From the IMG/VR virus record IMGVR_UViG_3300023178_000046, positions 836 to 64,835 of that record: a stretch of 64,000 nucleotides of DNA, one strand, 5' to 3'. Below the pieces are notes generated by a model. That model was not told the DNA's origin, made no database searches, and saw only the letters and a list, made by a program, of their open reading frames with translations. Every line of letters starts with the position of its first letter. Within the stretch, counting starts at the first letter, position 1. Below are positions 50,171 to 58,308 of the stretch, piece by piece. Source of the stretch: a virus. Lineage: Duplodnaviria; Caudoviricetes. The translations under genes and the position numbers were made by a program.

Positions 50171-50806
50171 TTAACTTTTTTTCTTAAATATACTTCCTAT
50201 TGCAGCACCTAACTTCGTCTCACCCTTAAAAGTTTGGCCGAGCTTTGTTTGGTTAAAAGGCTTTCTTTGTTTGCCTGCGCTTCCAGTTGTAGTTGCTGTT
50301 TGTTCTTCTTGTCCAAGACCCAAACCAAGTCCGATTTGAGAAAGATCTCCAATAGCACCATATATATCTTGTCTGGCTGCAGCCATGTCTTCGCTAGCTC
50401 CTGATATCTTAGCTGCTTTTTGCGCCATTTCAAAATCACCATAATCAGCTTCACGACCAGCGATATCCATATCTCTTCGATACATTCTTTGTTCTGCTTC
50501 TGCGCCTATCTCTGCCATACCTGCAATACCTGCTTCAGCGACTTTTCCAAGACCTCCAATGACTGCTCTCGTGCCTGCTTGTCTCAAAGTGTCTTGCATT
50601 TCGGATCTCATCGCCTGGATATCTTCTCTTCGCTGCTCTAAGTCTTCTTGAGGAATTCCTTTTTCATAAGGATTTTGTGGCAGTGGAGCAACTTCAGCTT
50701 CCATCTGTTTTCTCATTGCAAGCTTTCTTTGTTGAAAACCATCAACGAGCTTTCCCACACTTCCTGCGACAGCCATACCTGTACTAATTAATGTGAAAGG
50801 ATCCAT
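50171..50806 (-). CDS. Internal virion/ejection (pilot-like) protein
   Basis: MDPFTLISTGMAVAGSVG hydrophobic N-terminus, A/G/Q-rich helices. Confidence 0.6.
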   Translation of the reverse strand: MDPFTLISTGMAVAGSVGKLVDGFQQRKLAMRKQMEAEVAPLPQNPYEKGIPQEDLEQRREDIQAMRSEMQDTLRQAGTRAVIGGLGKVAEAGIAGMAEIGAEAEQRMYRRDMDIAGREADYGDFEMAQKAAKISGASEDMAAARQDIYGAIGDLSQIGLGLGLGQEEQTATTTGSAGKQRKPFNQTKLGQTFKGETKLGAAIGSIFKKKS

Positions 50807-50822
50807 ACTAAATAATTTTTAA

Positions 50823-50830
50823 CAAATATA
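50823..50830 (-). promoter_or_regulatory. Bacteroidota -7 promoter box TATATTTG
   Basis: ~17 nt upstream of ATG 50806. Confidence 0.65.
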
Positions 50831-50836
50831 CAAAAT

Positions 50837-51586
50837 TTACAGGTTGCTCTTAGTAACCTCAGAGTCTACAGCATATAGCTCAATAGGCGATGTGCTTGAG
50901 TTTGTCATGGTGTACTTTGTGTAATACCCTCTAACTCCTTCCGACTCGGAGGTTTGATTTTTACCCAACATAATAAAATCACCTGAAACAGGCATAGACG
51001 ATATATTTTTAATTGTTATCGAATTCAAATTAATACTTTCAACAACCCCAACAAGAGTCATATCCCCAATCTCTGATGTTTCCTCATTAACAGTTGCTTT
51101 GTAAATATTGTCCTCCACGGATAATGTAGAGTCTGAAAAATCAGAAAAATTTATAGTGTCAGAGGAAACGCTTGTGCAAACTCCAATTCCTTGAAAAGTG
51201 AGCTTTTTCGTGTCTACCTCATCGTTATTGTTTCTAACGTACGCATAATACATGTTTTCTCTTTTAACAAAAGATTCTTTTTTTATGTGTCCGCTTTCAA
51301 TATCGCTGTCAACCAAAACATCCCAATTTTTACTGTTTCCTTCAGTCTTTACAGCCCTATACATTTTAACTTCAGAAGGCCCTTCGTTATTAACGAATTC
51401 AATCCTCGTGTCGTAAGATTCACCATAAAATGTATTTCTGTCATTATCATCTTTATGATGCACATATATTTGTCCATTTTTGAAAGTAAAATATTCATCA
51501 TTAAGATTGTCTATCCATTCTGGTTCATAAGAATAAAACGATGTCCATCCTTGTACCGATTTCTTATATGTTAATGTTTTAGCCAT
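50837..51586 (-). CDS. Tail stabilisation protein, C-terminal part as separate gene
   Basis: TLTY....GWTSFYSYEPE....L...FTFKNG.IY.H...RNTFYG...F..RE..YY...GVRGYY...ELYAV.SE...S resembles C-termini of podovirus stabilisation proteins. Confidence 0.65.
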   Translation of the reverse strand: MAKTLTYKKSVQGWTSFYSYEPEWIDNLNDEYFTFKNGQIYVHHKDDNDRNTFYGESYDTRIEFVNNEGPSEVKMYRAVKTEGNSKNWDVLVDSDIESGHIKKESFVKRENMYYAYVRNNNDEVDTKKLTFQGIGVCTSVSSDTINFSDFSDSTLSVEDNIYKATVNEETSEIGDMTLVGVVESINLNSITIKNISSMPVSGDFIMLGKNQTSESEGVRGYYTKYTMTNSSTSPIELYAVDSEVTKSNL

Positions 51587-51587
51587 A

Positions 51588-52727
51588 TTATAATATTCTT
51601 ACACTTAATGTAGCTGTACCGAATGCTCCTGAAGCACAGTCTAATGGTTCTAGCTGTAACTTGTAAATACCAACAGGTAACGTTATTGTTTTTGTTTCAA
51701 TAGTTGGTCCAGATTGGTCTCTACCGTTAATAACATATGGAGGCCATCCGTAAGGGTTTGATGGGAATGACACATATTGTGTGTAAATACCTGCATTATT
51801 CAACAACAATCTACCTGTAGCATAAACGTATTCACCTGTCGTAACATCCACCTCTATTTTAACTTCAACTTCCCCTTCAGCTTCGACATTGAATATTCCT
51901 GTTTGATTTACGCTATTTGAACAATTAACATTTATGGAAGTAGTTCCTGTAATTACCGCAGATTTATCTGGCACGACTGCTGGATCTGTACAGCACTCAG
52001 AACACTCACTATAAATAGGAGTAGTTGAGTTTATAATAACGTTATGAGCTTGCTGAGGAGAAACTTGTTCCCTGACCTCCCAACAACAAGAACTATTTTC
52101 AGTCTTAACAACTTGACCCTTGTTTAATTGTCTTGTTGTTCTCACTATTCTCCTTTCTTTGTTATTATAGCAATTTATCGTTTCGTAGTGATTTTTATTT
52201 ATATCTACGTCTGAAAAACCATCTGCCCATTCTACAAACTCTACGTCTATTTCTGCTCCACTATTCAAGAAAGGCTCAGTAAGAGATTCCATTTCCCTAT
52301 CTGTATCTGGATACATTATTTTTGAAACCTTTTGACCAGTAGAACAGTCTGTAATCTGGAAATAAGATGTGCGAACAGGATCTCTATTAGTGATAAGATA
52401 CACAGCACATTCTGTGTTAGCTACATCTAAGGTAACACAAGGATTACAAGTTGTCTGATCAGGTATAGGCTCTTCCTGTGGAACAAAAACAGGAACAGGT
52501 GTTGGTGAAGGTGATGGCGTCGGTGTAGGAGTAGTACCAGGCGCTGGAGCTGGTGTAGGAGCTGGCGTGGGCACATCGTACACATATAGAGGGCAAGACC
52601 TAGTATCTGTATAAGGCTCAATGTAATCTGGGTCAGAAGATTGATTTACCTTCGTTTCAGTTGTTGCCTTACCATTTATGTATTTTCTAAGTCTTGTAAC
52701 AGTCTTTAGTCCAGTAGTCTCTGCCAT
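51588..52727 (-). CDS. Virion decoration protein with PTPAP linker and Cys-rich modules
   Basis: N-terminal ...DPDYIEPYTD..CP module, PTPAPTPAPAPGTTPTPTPSPSPTP linker. Confidence 0.6.
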   Translation of the reverse strand: MAETTGLKTVTRLRKYINGKATTETKVNQSSDPDYIEPYTDTRSCPLYVYDVPTPAPTPAPAPGTTPTPTPSPSPTPVPVFVPQEEPIPDQTTCNPCVTLDVANTECAVYLITNRDPVRTSYFQITDCSTGQKVSKIMYPDTDREMESLTEPFLNSGAEIDVEFVEWADGFSDVDINKNHYETINCYNNKERRIVRTTRQLNKGQVVKTENSSCCWEVREQVSPQQAHNVIINSTTPIYSECSECCTDPAVVPDKSAVITGTTSINVNCSNSVNQTGIFNVEAEGEVEVKIEVDVTTGEYVYATGRLLLNNAGIYTQYVSFPSNPYGWPPYVINGRDQSGPTIETKTITLPVGIYKLQLEPLDCASGAFGTATLSVRIL

Positions 52728-52742
52728 CTACAGAATTTTCTA

Positions 52743-52750
52743 CAAAGATA
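52743..52750 (-). promoter_or_regulatory. Bacteroidota -7 promoter box TATCTTTG
   Basis: ~16 nt upstream of ATG 52727. Confidence 0.65.
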
Positions 52751-52755
52751 GTAAA

Positions 52756-53757
52756 TTAACCAACCTGCTTTTTTATCCAATCATAGGTCAACTGTACTCC
52801 ATCCTTTAATTGGTACTGAGGTTTCCATCCTATCAACTCAGATATTAGTCTGTTGTCGGAGGATCTTCCTCTAACACCCAAAGGCCCATCTATATGTTTT
52901 ATTTTTAACTTTTTTCCTGAAACGCTCATAACTGTATTTACAAGTCCATTGATGGTGACCATTTGCTCTGAACCAATATTAACAGGACCTAAATGCTTGT
53001 CTTGTCTCATGAAAGCAATTGTAGCGTCAATGGCATCGTCTATGTATAAGAATGATCTGGTTTGTTCGCCATCTCCCCATACTTCAACCACCTTGTCATT
53101 TTCAGCGACTTTTCTGCATATTGCGGCTGGTGCTTTTTCTTTCCCATCGTTCCAAGAACAATTTGGTCCATACACATTATGGTATCTAGCGATTCTTACA
53201 TCTAGATTTTCGTTTCTGTTTGCAGATAAATAAAGTCTTTCTGAAAAAAGTTTTTCCCAACCATATTCTGAATCAGGATTTGCAGGGTAAGCACTATCTT
53301 CTTCCGTGATAGGATTATCTGGATCAAGCTGGTTGTGCTCTGGATAAACACAAGCCGAACTAGAAAAAAATATTTTTTTGACGTTAAAAGAAACAGCGCT
53401 ATCAACTACATTCAAATTAATCTTTGATGAGTTAGACATAACCTGCAGGTCATTATCTCCAGAAAAAATGTATCCTGCTCCACCCATATCTGCTGCCAAA
53501 TTGTATACCTCGTCAAATGCGTTTTCACTATCATCTAACGACTTTTGATCTGGCGCATGCATGCATAAAGAAACAAAGGATGGATTTCTCAGGTCTACAG
53601 GAGCATATTCATCGCATATTTCTTCTTTTTTGTGAAAGGAAGGCTCTTTTTTTATATCTGCAACTCTCACAAAACAACCCTCTTCTTTTAATCTTTTGGC
53701 CAAATGACCACCAACGAAGCCACCTCCCCCTAATACTAGTACCTTTTTTTTACTCAT
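52756..53757 (-). CDS. GDP-mannose 3,5-epimerase-like extended SDR
   Basis: GGGGFVG, YNLAADMGGAGYI, SSSACVYP, PDSEYGWEKL, GKEKAPAAICRK, WGDGEQTRSFLYIDD, GPLGVRGR, all typical of GME. Confidence 0.88.
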   Translation of the reverse strand: MSKKKVLVLGGGGFVGGHLAKRLKEEGCFVRVADIKKEPSFHKKEEICDEYAPVDLRNPSFVSLCMHAPDQKSLDDSENAFDEVYNLAADMGGAGYIFSGDNDLQVMSNSSKINLNVVDSAVSFNVKKIFFSSSACVYPEHNQLDPDNPITEEDSAYPANPDSEYGWEKLFSERLYLSANRNENLDVRIARYHNVYGPNCSWNDGKEKAPAAICRKVAENDKVVEVWGDGEQTRSFLYIDDAIDATIAFMRQDKHLGPVNIGSEQMVTINGLVNTVMSVSGKKLKIKHIDGPLGVRGRSSDNRLISELIGWKPQYQLKDGVQLTYDWIKKQVG

Positions 53758-55684
53758 TTTGATTCATTTTAATTTCAGTTTCTATTTCTGCGACCCACTG
53801 ATCTACAGTTCTTTTTGTCTCCCTTGACTTAAATAAATGTAATGGATTTTTTATGTAATTATCCAATCTATTATCTTCATGCCACAAGGGTCTAAGCTTT
53901 TTGTCTCCTCTTTCTGTGTTGTCGTTGTAGTTATGCCAGACGTTAGCAAACTTAGGGACATAAAAATCATATCCTGCTATGTATGCTAAACAAGAGTATA
54001 TTTCTTGATCTAAAAACGGATTTATCAAAAGATCGTTATTATCATCGTATTTGATTACATCTACTATTTCTCCTCTTCCAAAAACATTAGAGCCTGACAC
54101 ATGAAAAGTTTTGCAGTATTTCTCACTCCTAGGCACGGTCCCTCTACTGTTAAAGAAAGGAAAAGCATTTTCTTTGAAATTTAATATTTTATTGCAATTA
54201 AGCCTATCGTGCTGTATATAATCATTGTATTCCGAGTAATTTCTTACATCTGGGGGGAATCCAGTTAGAAAGCTGTTCTCTGGAGATTCATCTATTTGTT
54301 GTGCTATACCTATGTCCCAATTCCTGTAGAATCTACAATGGCTGTCAACCTGTAAGAATATTTCCTCTCCATTATATAGTTCGTTGTTAATTCTATTTCT
54401 AGCGTAACCAACACCTTTTGCTTCTTTATAATGACAGTATATTATTTTTACATCACTCATCAGTCTTAACCTATCCAACATCCACTCTTCATCTTGTAGC
54501 ATTACACCAAAGACAAGTCTATTTGGAAAAGCAGCTTTCTCTCTTGCATCATCTATCGTTCTTATTAAATCTAAATCTCGATATGAGGCTATATTTATAA
54601 AGATCTTTCTGTCGTCTTTTTCAGGTGTCCAATAGTATTGAGATAAGTCGTGCCATGAAGATTGATTGTCTTTGTTCCAAGGTAAAACATCGTAAGCAGA
54701 ATCAACAGAGTCATGATTATTATATTCTAATATCCTGACGTTTTGATTTATTGACGCTCTATTTACATTTATGTAATCGCTAAAAGTGCTTAACCTGCTA
54801 CCTAAAAACTCTTCTGCATTACTACATGTTATCATGTCTAGCGCTATTTCTCTAAGAGGGTCTGTTATTTCATACAAATCTGAAAAGAAATGCTTATTTT
54901 GTATGTTTAATGAGTCAAAAAAGCTTTTGTCTTTTTCATCTGTTGCTATATAAACTGGTTTATCATAGAAGTAATCTGGAAGAAATTCATTTATAGCACT
55001 TAAATCATATTCCATATTAGGTCTATCTGATAAGAAATCACCCCTTCTTATGTGAAGTGCGTTGTAATTTCCCATCTTTTTCTTCGCTTCATTTGCATAC
55101 CTGTATAGATCTTGGTTAAAACGAATACCTCTGATTATCTTATTTTTTATGTAGTTTCTTTTGTCTGGAGAAGATCCATATACTATGTAATAGAAATGAC
55201 CAAACAGGTTTCTTGGAAAATGAATGAACTTAGCTTCAGAGTTTACAGAGAAAGGTTTTCTTCCTGCAGCAAACATTTCAAAATCTTCCTGATCTTCTAT
55301 ATTGTTATACACTACGAAATCCTTATCTGGAGGAGGCAACGGATGCAGTTCTTCGTATTTAGATGAGAAGGTTTTTATTTCTGCTATTTTATCTATGCCA
55401 TTAAAATATCCTATCTTACTGTTTAGAGAAGCATATTCTTCTACATCGTGATAATCAACAGCGTTAAATGTTTCTAAGAAAGTGTCTTTTCTCCAAATAC
55501 TAAATATATCTAGGTATGAGTTCGTGTCATTCCAGTCGTTAATACCATTAAAATAAACCTTCGGTGGTATTATCAATGTTCTTCCTGTTATTTCTGATAT
55601 AGCAATAGCTATCTCAAAAGACATTCTAACATTAGAATATCCTGCCCACCAAGGCTCAAAAGATATATACTTATTCTGCGACAT
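53750..55684 (-). CDS. Bifunctional glycosyltransferase: O-fucosyltransferase-like domain + GT60 (Gnt1-like hydroxyproline GlcNAc-transferase) domain
   Basis: N-half: GYSNVR...GRTLIIPP, ALHIRRGDF, VYIATDE, FLGSRLSTFS. C-half: IFINIASYRD, GVGYAR, LQVDSHCRF. Confidence 0.8.
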   Translation of the reverse strand: MSQNKYISFEPWWAGYSNVRMSFEIAIAISEITGRTLIIPPKVYFNGINDWNDTNSYLDIFSIWRKDTFLETFNAVDYHDVEEYASLNSKIGYFNGIDKIAEIKTFSSKYEELHPLPPPDKDFVVYNNIEDQEDFEMFAAGRKPFSVNSEAKFIHFPRNLFGHFYYIVYGSSPDKRNYIKNKIIRGIRFNQDLYRYANEAKKKMGNYNALHIRRGDFLSDRPNMEYDLSAINEFLPDYFYDKPVYIATDEKDKSFFDSLNIQNKHFFSDLYEITDPLREIALDMITCSNAEEFLGSRLSTFSDYINVNRASINQNVRILEYNNHDSVDSAYDVLPWNKDNQSSWHDLSQYYWTPEKDDRKIFINIASYRDLDLIRTIDDAREKAAFPNRLVFGVMLQDEEWMLDRLRLMSDVKIIYCHYKEAKGVGYARNRINNELYNGEEIFLQVDSHCRFYRNWDIGIAQQIDESPENSFLTGFPPDVRNYSEYNDYIQHDRLNCNKILNFKENAFPFFNSRGTVPRSEKYCKTFHVSGSNVFGRGEIVDVIKYDDNNDLLINPFLDQEIYSCLAYIAGYDFYVPKFANVWHNYNDNTERGDKKLRPLWHEDNRLDNYIKNPLHLFKSRETKRTVDQWVAEIETEIKMNQNE

Positions 55685-56900
55685 ACTGCCAGTCGCTTAG
55701 CTTATAATGAACGAACATATTTCTAAAGTATGTTCCTGCAAATAAATAATTCCTTGCGTGTTCACAAGCTGCTGACTCATATAAAATCATTTCCCCTACT
55801 TCAGCGTACACTTGATTCCATGCTCCGTTGTGAGATTGTATGTCTAATGGCCAATCATCGGCAAACTCCCTGTTTTTGCATCCACATTTTAAGTCTTTGT
55901 CTACGATAATAATAGAAGATATGTGATGCGTTGCTATTCTATCCTTATGCGCAACTAGACCAGCTCCTCTTAAATAAGATCTAATACCGTAAATAAATGA
56001 AGGCTCTAGTTTTGTTCTTGCAAACTCTTCGTGCAAAGGCAACAACATCTGATGAAGTCTATCTCTTTTTTCATACACCTGTCCCACATCTAAAAGCTCG
56101 CTTGTCTTTCCTGTTCCAGGGATTATACTTTCTTTGCCTTCAAAAACCTCCTCTCTTGCGGTAGGCTTCACATCTTCATACATCTCTTGTATTAAAGCCC
56201 ACGCATCATCTGGCACTTTTACAACTTTAAAGCCTGTCTCATGAAATTTAGGTATGTTGTCGTGATTACTAAAAACCTTTTTCAAGTCTGTTGATTTTGG
56301 CCTTCTGTTATGATGTTCTGTCGCTAGCCTTACATCTTCAGATCCATTCCATTCGTTCTCTCTCCACCAAGATGTAATTATGTATTTTGTTCCAGACACA
56401 ACATCTGTACCTTCATGAAGAGTATCGTGTTGAGGAATACCGTTCTTTGTGTTTTCCCAAAAAACAGCCTTACCTGTCTTAGGCTCTACTGTTTTATCTA
56501 AACTTGGAAAGTTAGTGCCACCTCCTTCAAAATCATCGTTAAGATAAATCATCATTGTGTATGTTCTGTTTCCAGAGCTAAGACAATGATTTGTGTAAGA
56601 ATCGCCTGTAAAATAATCGTGATGCTGTCTAAAGAATTGACCAGCTTCATATTTTTGACCCTGTATAGGCTCTCCTTTGCTTAAGTCTTGCTGTAAAAAA
56701 GACGCTATACGTCCCTTTACTTCAATAGTCAGACTATCATTAACATCAAGGTTCGATGTGTATGATGTTCTGGATGAGTCAGTTTTTGATGCTTGTGATC
56801 CAGATCCAGCTACAGAAGATCTTACATTGTTTGCTTCAATGTTTGATATAAGCTGATCACATTCTTCTTTCGTTAGAAAGTTCTCTATTTCTGTTATCAT
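55671..56900 (-). CDS. Prolyl 4-hydroxylase (2OG-Fe(II) oxygenase) fused to a second 2OG-Fe(II) domain
   Basis: IENFLTKEEC, SRTS, EPIQGQKYEAGQFFRQHHDYF, RTYTMMIYLND..GGGTNFP, LHEG..V..GTKY..W; second domain HKD...EHAR. Confidence 0.85.
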   Translation of the reverse strand: MITEIENFLTKEECDQLISNIEANNVRSSVAGSGSQASKTDSSRTSYTSNLDVNDSLTIEVKGRIASFLQQDLSKGEPIQGQKYEAGQFFRQHHDYFTGDSYTNHCLSSGNRTYTMMIYLNDDFEGGGTNFPSLDKTVEPKTGKAVFWENTKNGIPQHDTLHEGTDVVSGTKYIITSWWRENEWNGSEDVRLATEHHNRRPKSTDLKKVFSNHDNIPKFHETGFKVVKVPDDAWALIQEMYEDVKPTAREEVFEGKESIIPGTGKTSELLDVGQVYEKRDRLHQMLLPLHEEFARTKLEPSFIYGIRSYLRGAGLVAHKDRIATHHISSIIIVDKDLKCGCKNREFADDWPLDIQSHNGAWNQVYAEVGEMILYESAACEHARNYLFAGTYFRNMFVHYKLSDWQYVAE

Positions 56901-56925
56901 TGTATTTATATTTAATTATATTCAT

Positions 56926-58284
56926 TTAAAATCCACCATTTGCCGCAACACAACCTGAGCAATCATTAAATTCTGAAACCCAAGACAATGTTGGAGTATT
57001 ATTAGATGGCTGCATTAAAGTGTAACACTCTCCATCACTAGCTAATACTATATCTCCTGTCACGATTGAACCTGTGCTATCCCATGCAAGATACTGATTA
57101 TTTTGTCCATTTCCTCCTGCACAAGGTTGCAATTCCCAAGAAGCATATGAAACTGGAGCTGGTGTAGGTGCTACAGTAGGCGCAGGAGTTGTTTGTGAAT
57201 TAAGACACTCACTACAAGAATCAAACTCTTGATCTACAGTTTGAGTGGGAACTCCATTTGCTTGGTATGAATCTATTGTATAACAAATACCATTAGACGC
57301 TAAAATTACAACTCCTACATCTAAATTAGCATCATACGCTATTTGCTGATTGGCAGTTCCTCCGCTACACAGACCTAGATTCCAAACAGGTGTTTGTGAA
57401 ACTGGAGCAGGAGTTGGAGCAGGTGTTGCACAAGAACTGAAAGTAAACACAAATCCATTAGGTCCTACTTGGAAAGAGTTTCCTCCACCATATTGGTCCG
57501 TAAAGTATGTATTTCCTCCGTTATATAATGTTGTTAATGCGGCATCTAAATATAAAGCGTGCCCATTATTGTATGTTTGTTGAACAGAAGTATCTCCGTG
57601 AGAGTTGTATACTGTTACAGGAGCTCCAGTCGAAGAACAAGCTAAAGCAGAGCTGGACCATCCTTGCAATGGATTTGTTCCGCTCGAAGTATTGGCGTAT
57701 ATAGTAAATGAAGCTACTGCAGGCGCAGGAGCAGGTGTAGGTGAAGGTGTAGTAGGCGCTGGTGTAGTCGTTGGAGCTGGTGTTGTAGGAGCTGGTGACG
57801 GTGATGGTGTTGTAGGTGCTGGCGTTGGAGCTGGCGTAGGGGCTACGCAACTAAAAGTTGAAATCACAGTGCCATTAGATATTTCTATTCCAGATCCACT
57901 TGCGAGTATATAATGACCATCTGCATAATCAGATAAGCCTTGATTGTCTTGATAAACAGAATTACTTACACCTGGATAGCTGCCTGATCCATTATGATAA
58001 GCTGTAGTATATCCTCCAGAATGCGCACATGCTTGGACTCCATCTGTGTAACCCTGATCTGAAATAGCAAATGATGGGTATGAGAATACTGGAGCTGGTG
58101 TAGTCGTTGGAGCTGGTGTAGGAGCAGGAGTTACAGGGTCTGCACTTACAACACATTTAGCCGTGTCTTGAAAGGGAGGGATGTAATCTGGGTCTCCTTT
58201 TGAGTTAGGTTTTGTGTCTAAAGTAGCAATTCCGTCTACTAGCTTTTTTAGCTCTGTAACTACAACTATACCAGTATTAGCCAT
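56926..58284 (-). CDS. Virion decoration protein with four Pro/Thr linkers and Cys modules
   Basis: N-terminal DPDYIPPFQD..C module; PTPAPTTP tracts separating Cys-bounded domains. Confidence 0.6.
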   Translation of the reverse strand: MANTGIVVVTELKKLVDGIATLDTKPNSKGDPDYIPPFQDTAKCVVSADPVTPAPTPAPTTTPAPVFSYPSFAISDQGYTDGVQACAHSGGYTTAYHNGSGSYPGVSNSVYQDNQGLSDYADGHYILASGSGIEISNGTVISTFSCVAPTPAPTPAPTTPSPSPAPTTPAPTTTPAPTTPSPTPAPAPAVASFTIYANTSSGTNPLQGWSSSALACSSTGAPVTVYNSHGDTSVQQTYNNGHALYLDAALTTLYNGGNTYFTDQYGGGNSFQVGPNGFVFTFSSCATPAPTPAPVSQTPVWNLGLCSGGTANQQIAYDANLDVGVVILASNGICYTIDSYQANGVPTQTVDQEFDSCSECLNSQTTPAPTVAPTPAPVSYASWELQPCAGGNGQNNQYLAWDSTGSIVTGDIVLASDGECYTLMQPSNNTPTLSWVSEFNDCSGCVAANGGF

Positions 58285-58300
58285 TAAAAATAATTTTACA

Positions 58301-58308
58301 CAAAGTTA
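58301..58308 (-). promoter_or_regulatory. Bacteroidota -7 promoter box TAACTTTG
   Basis: ~17 nt upstream of ATG 58284. Confidence 0.65.
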
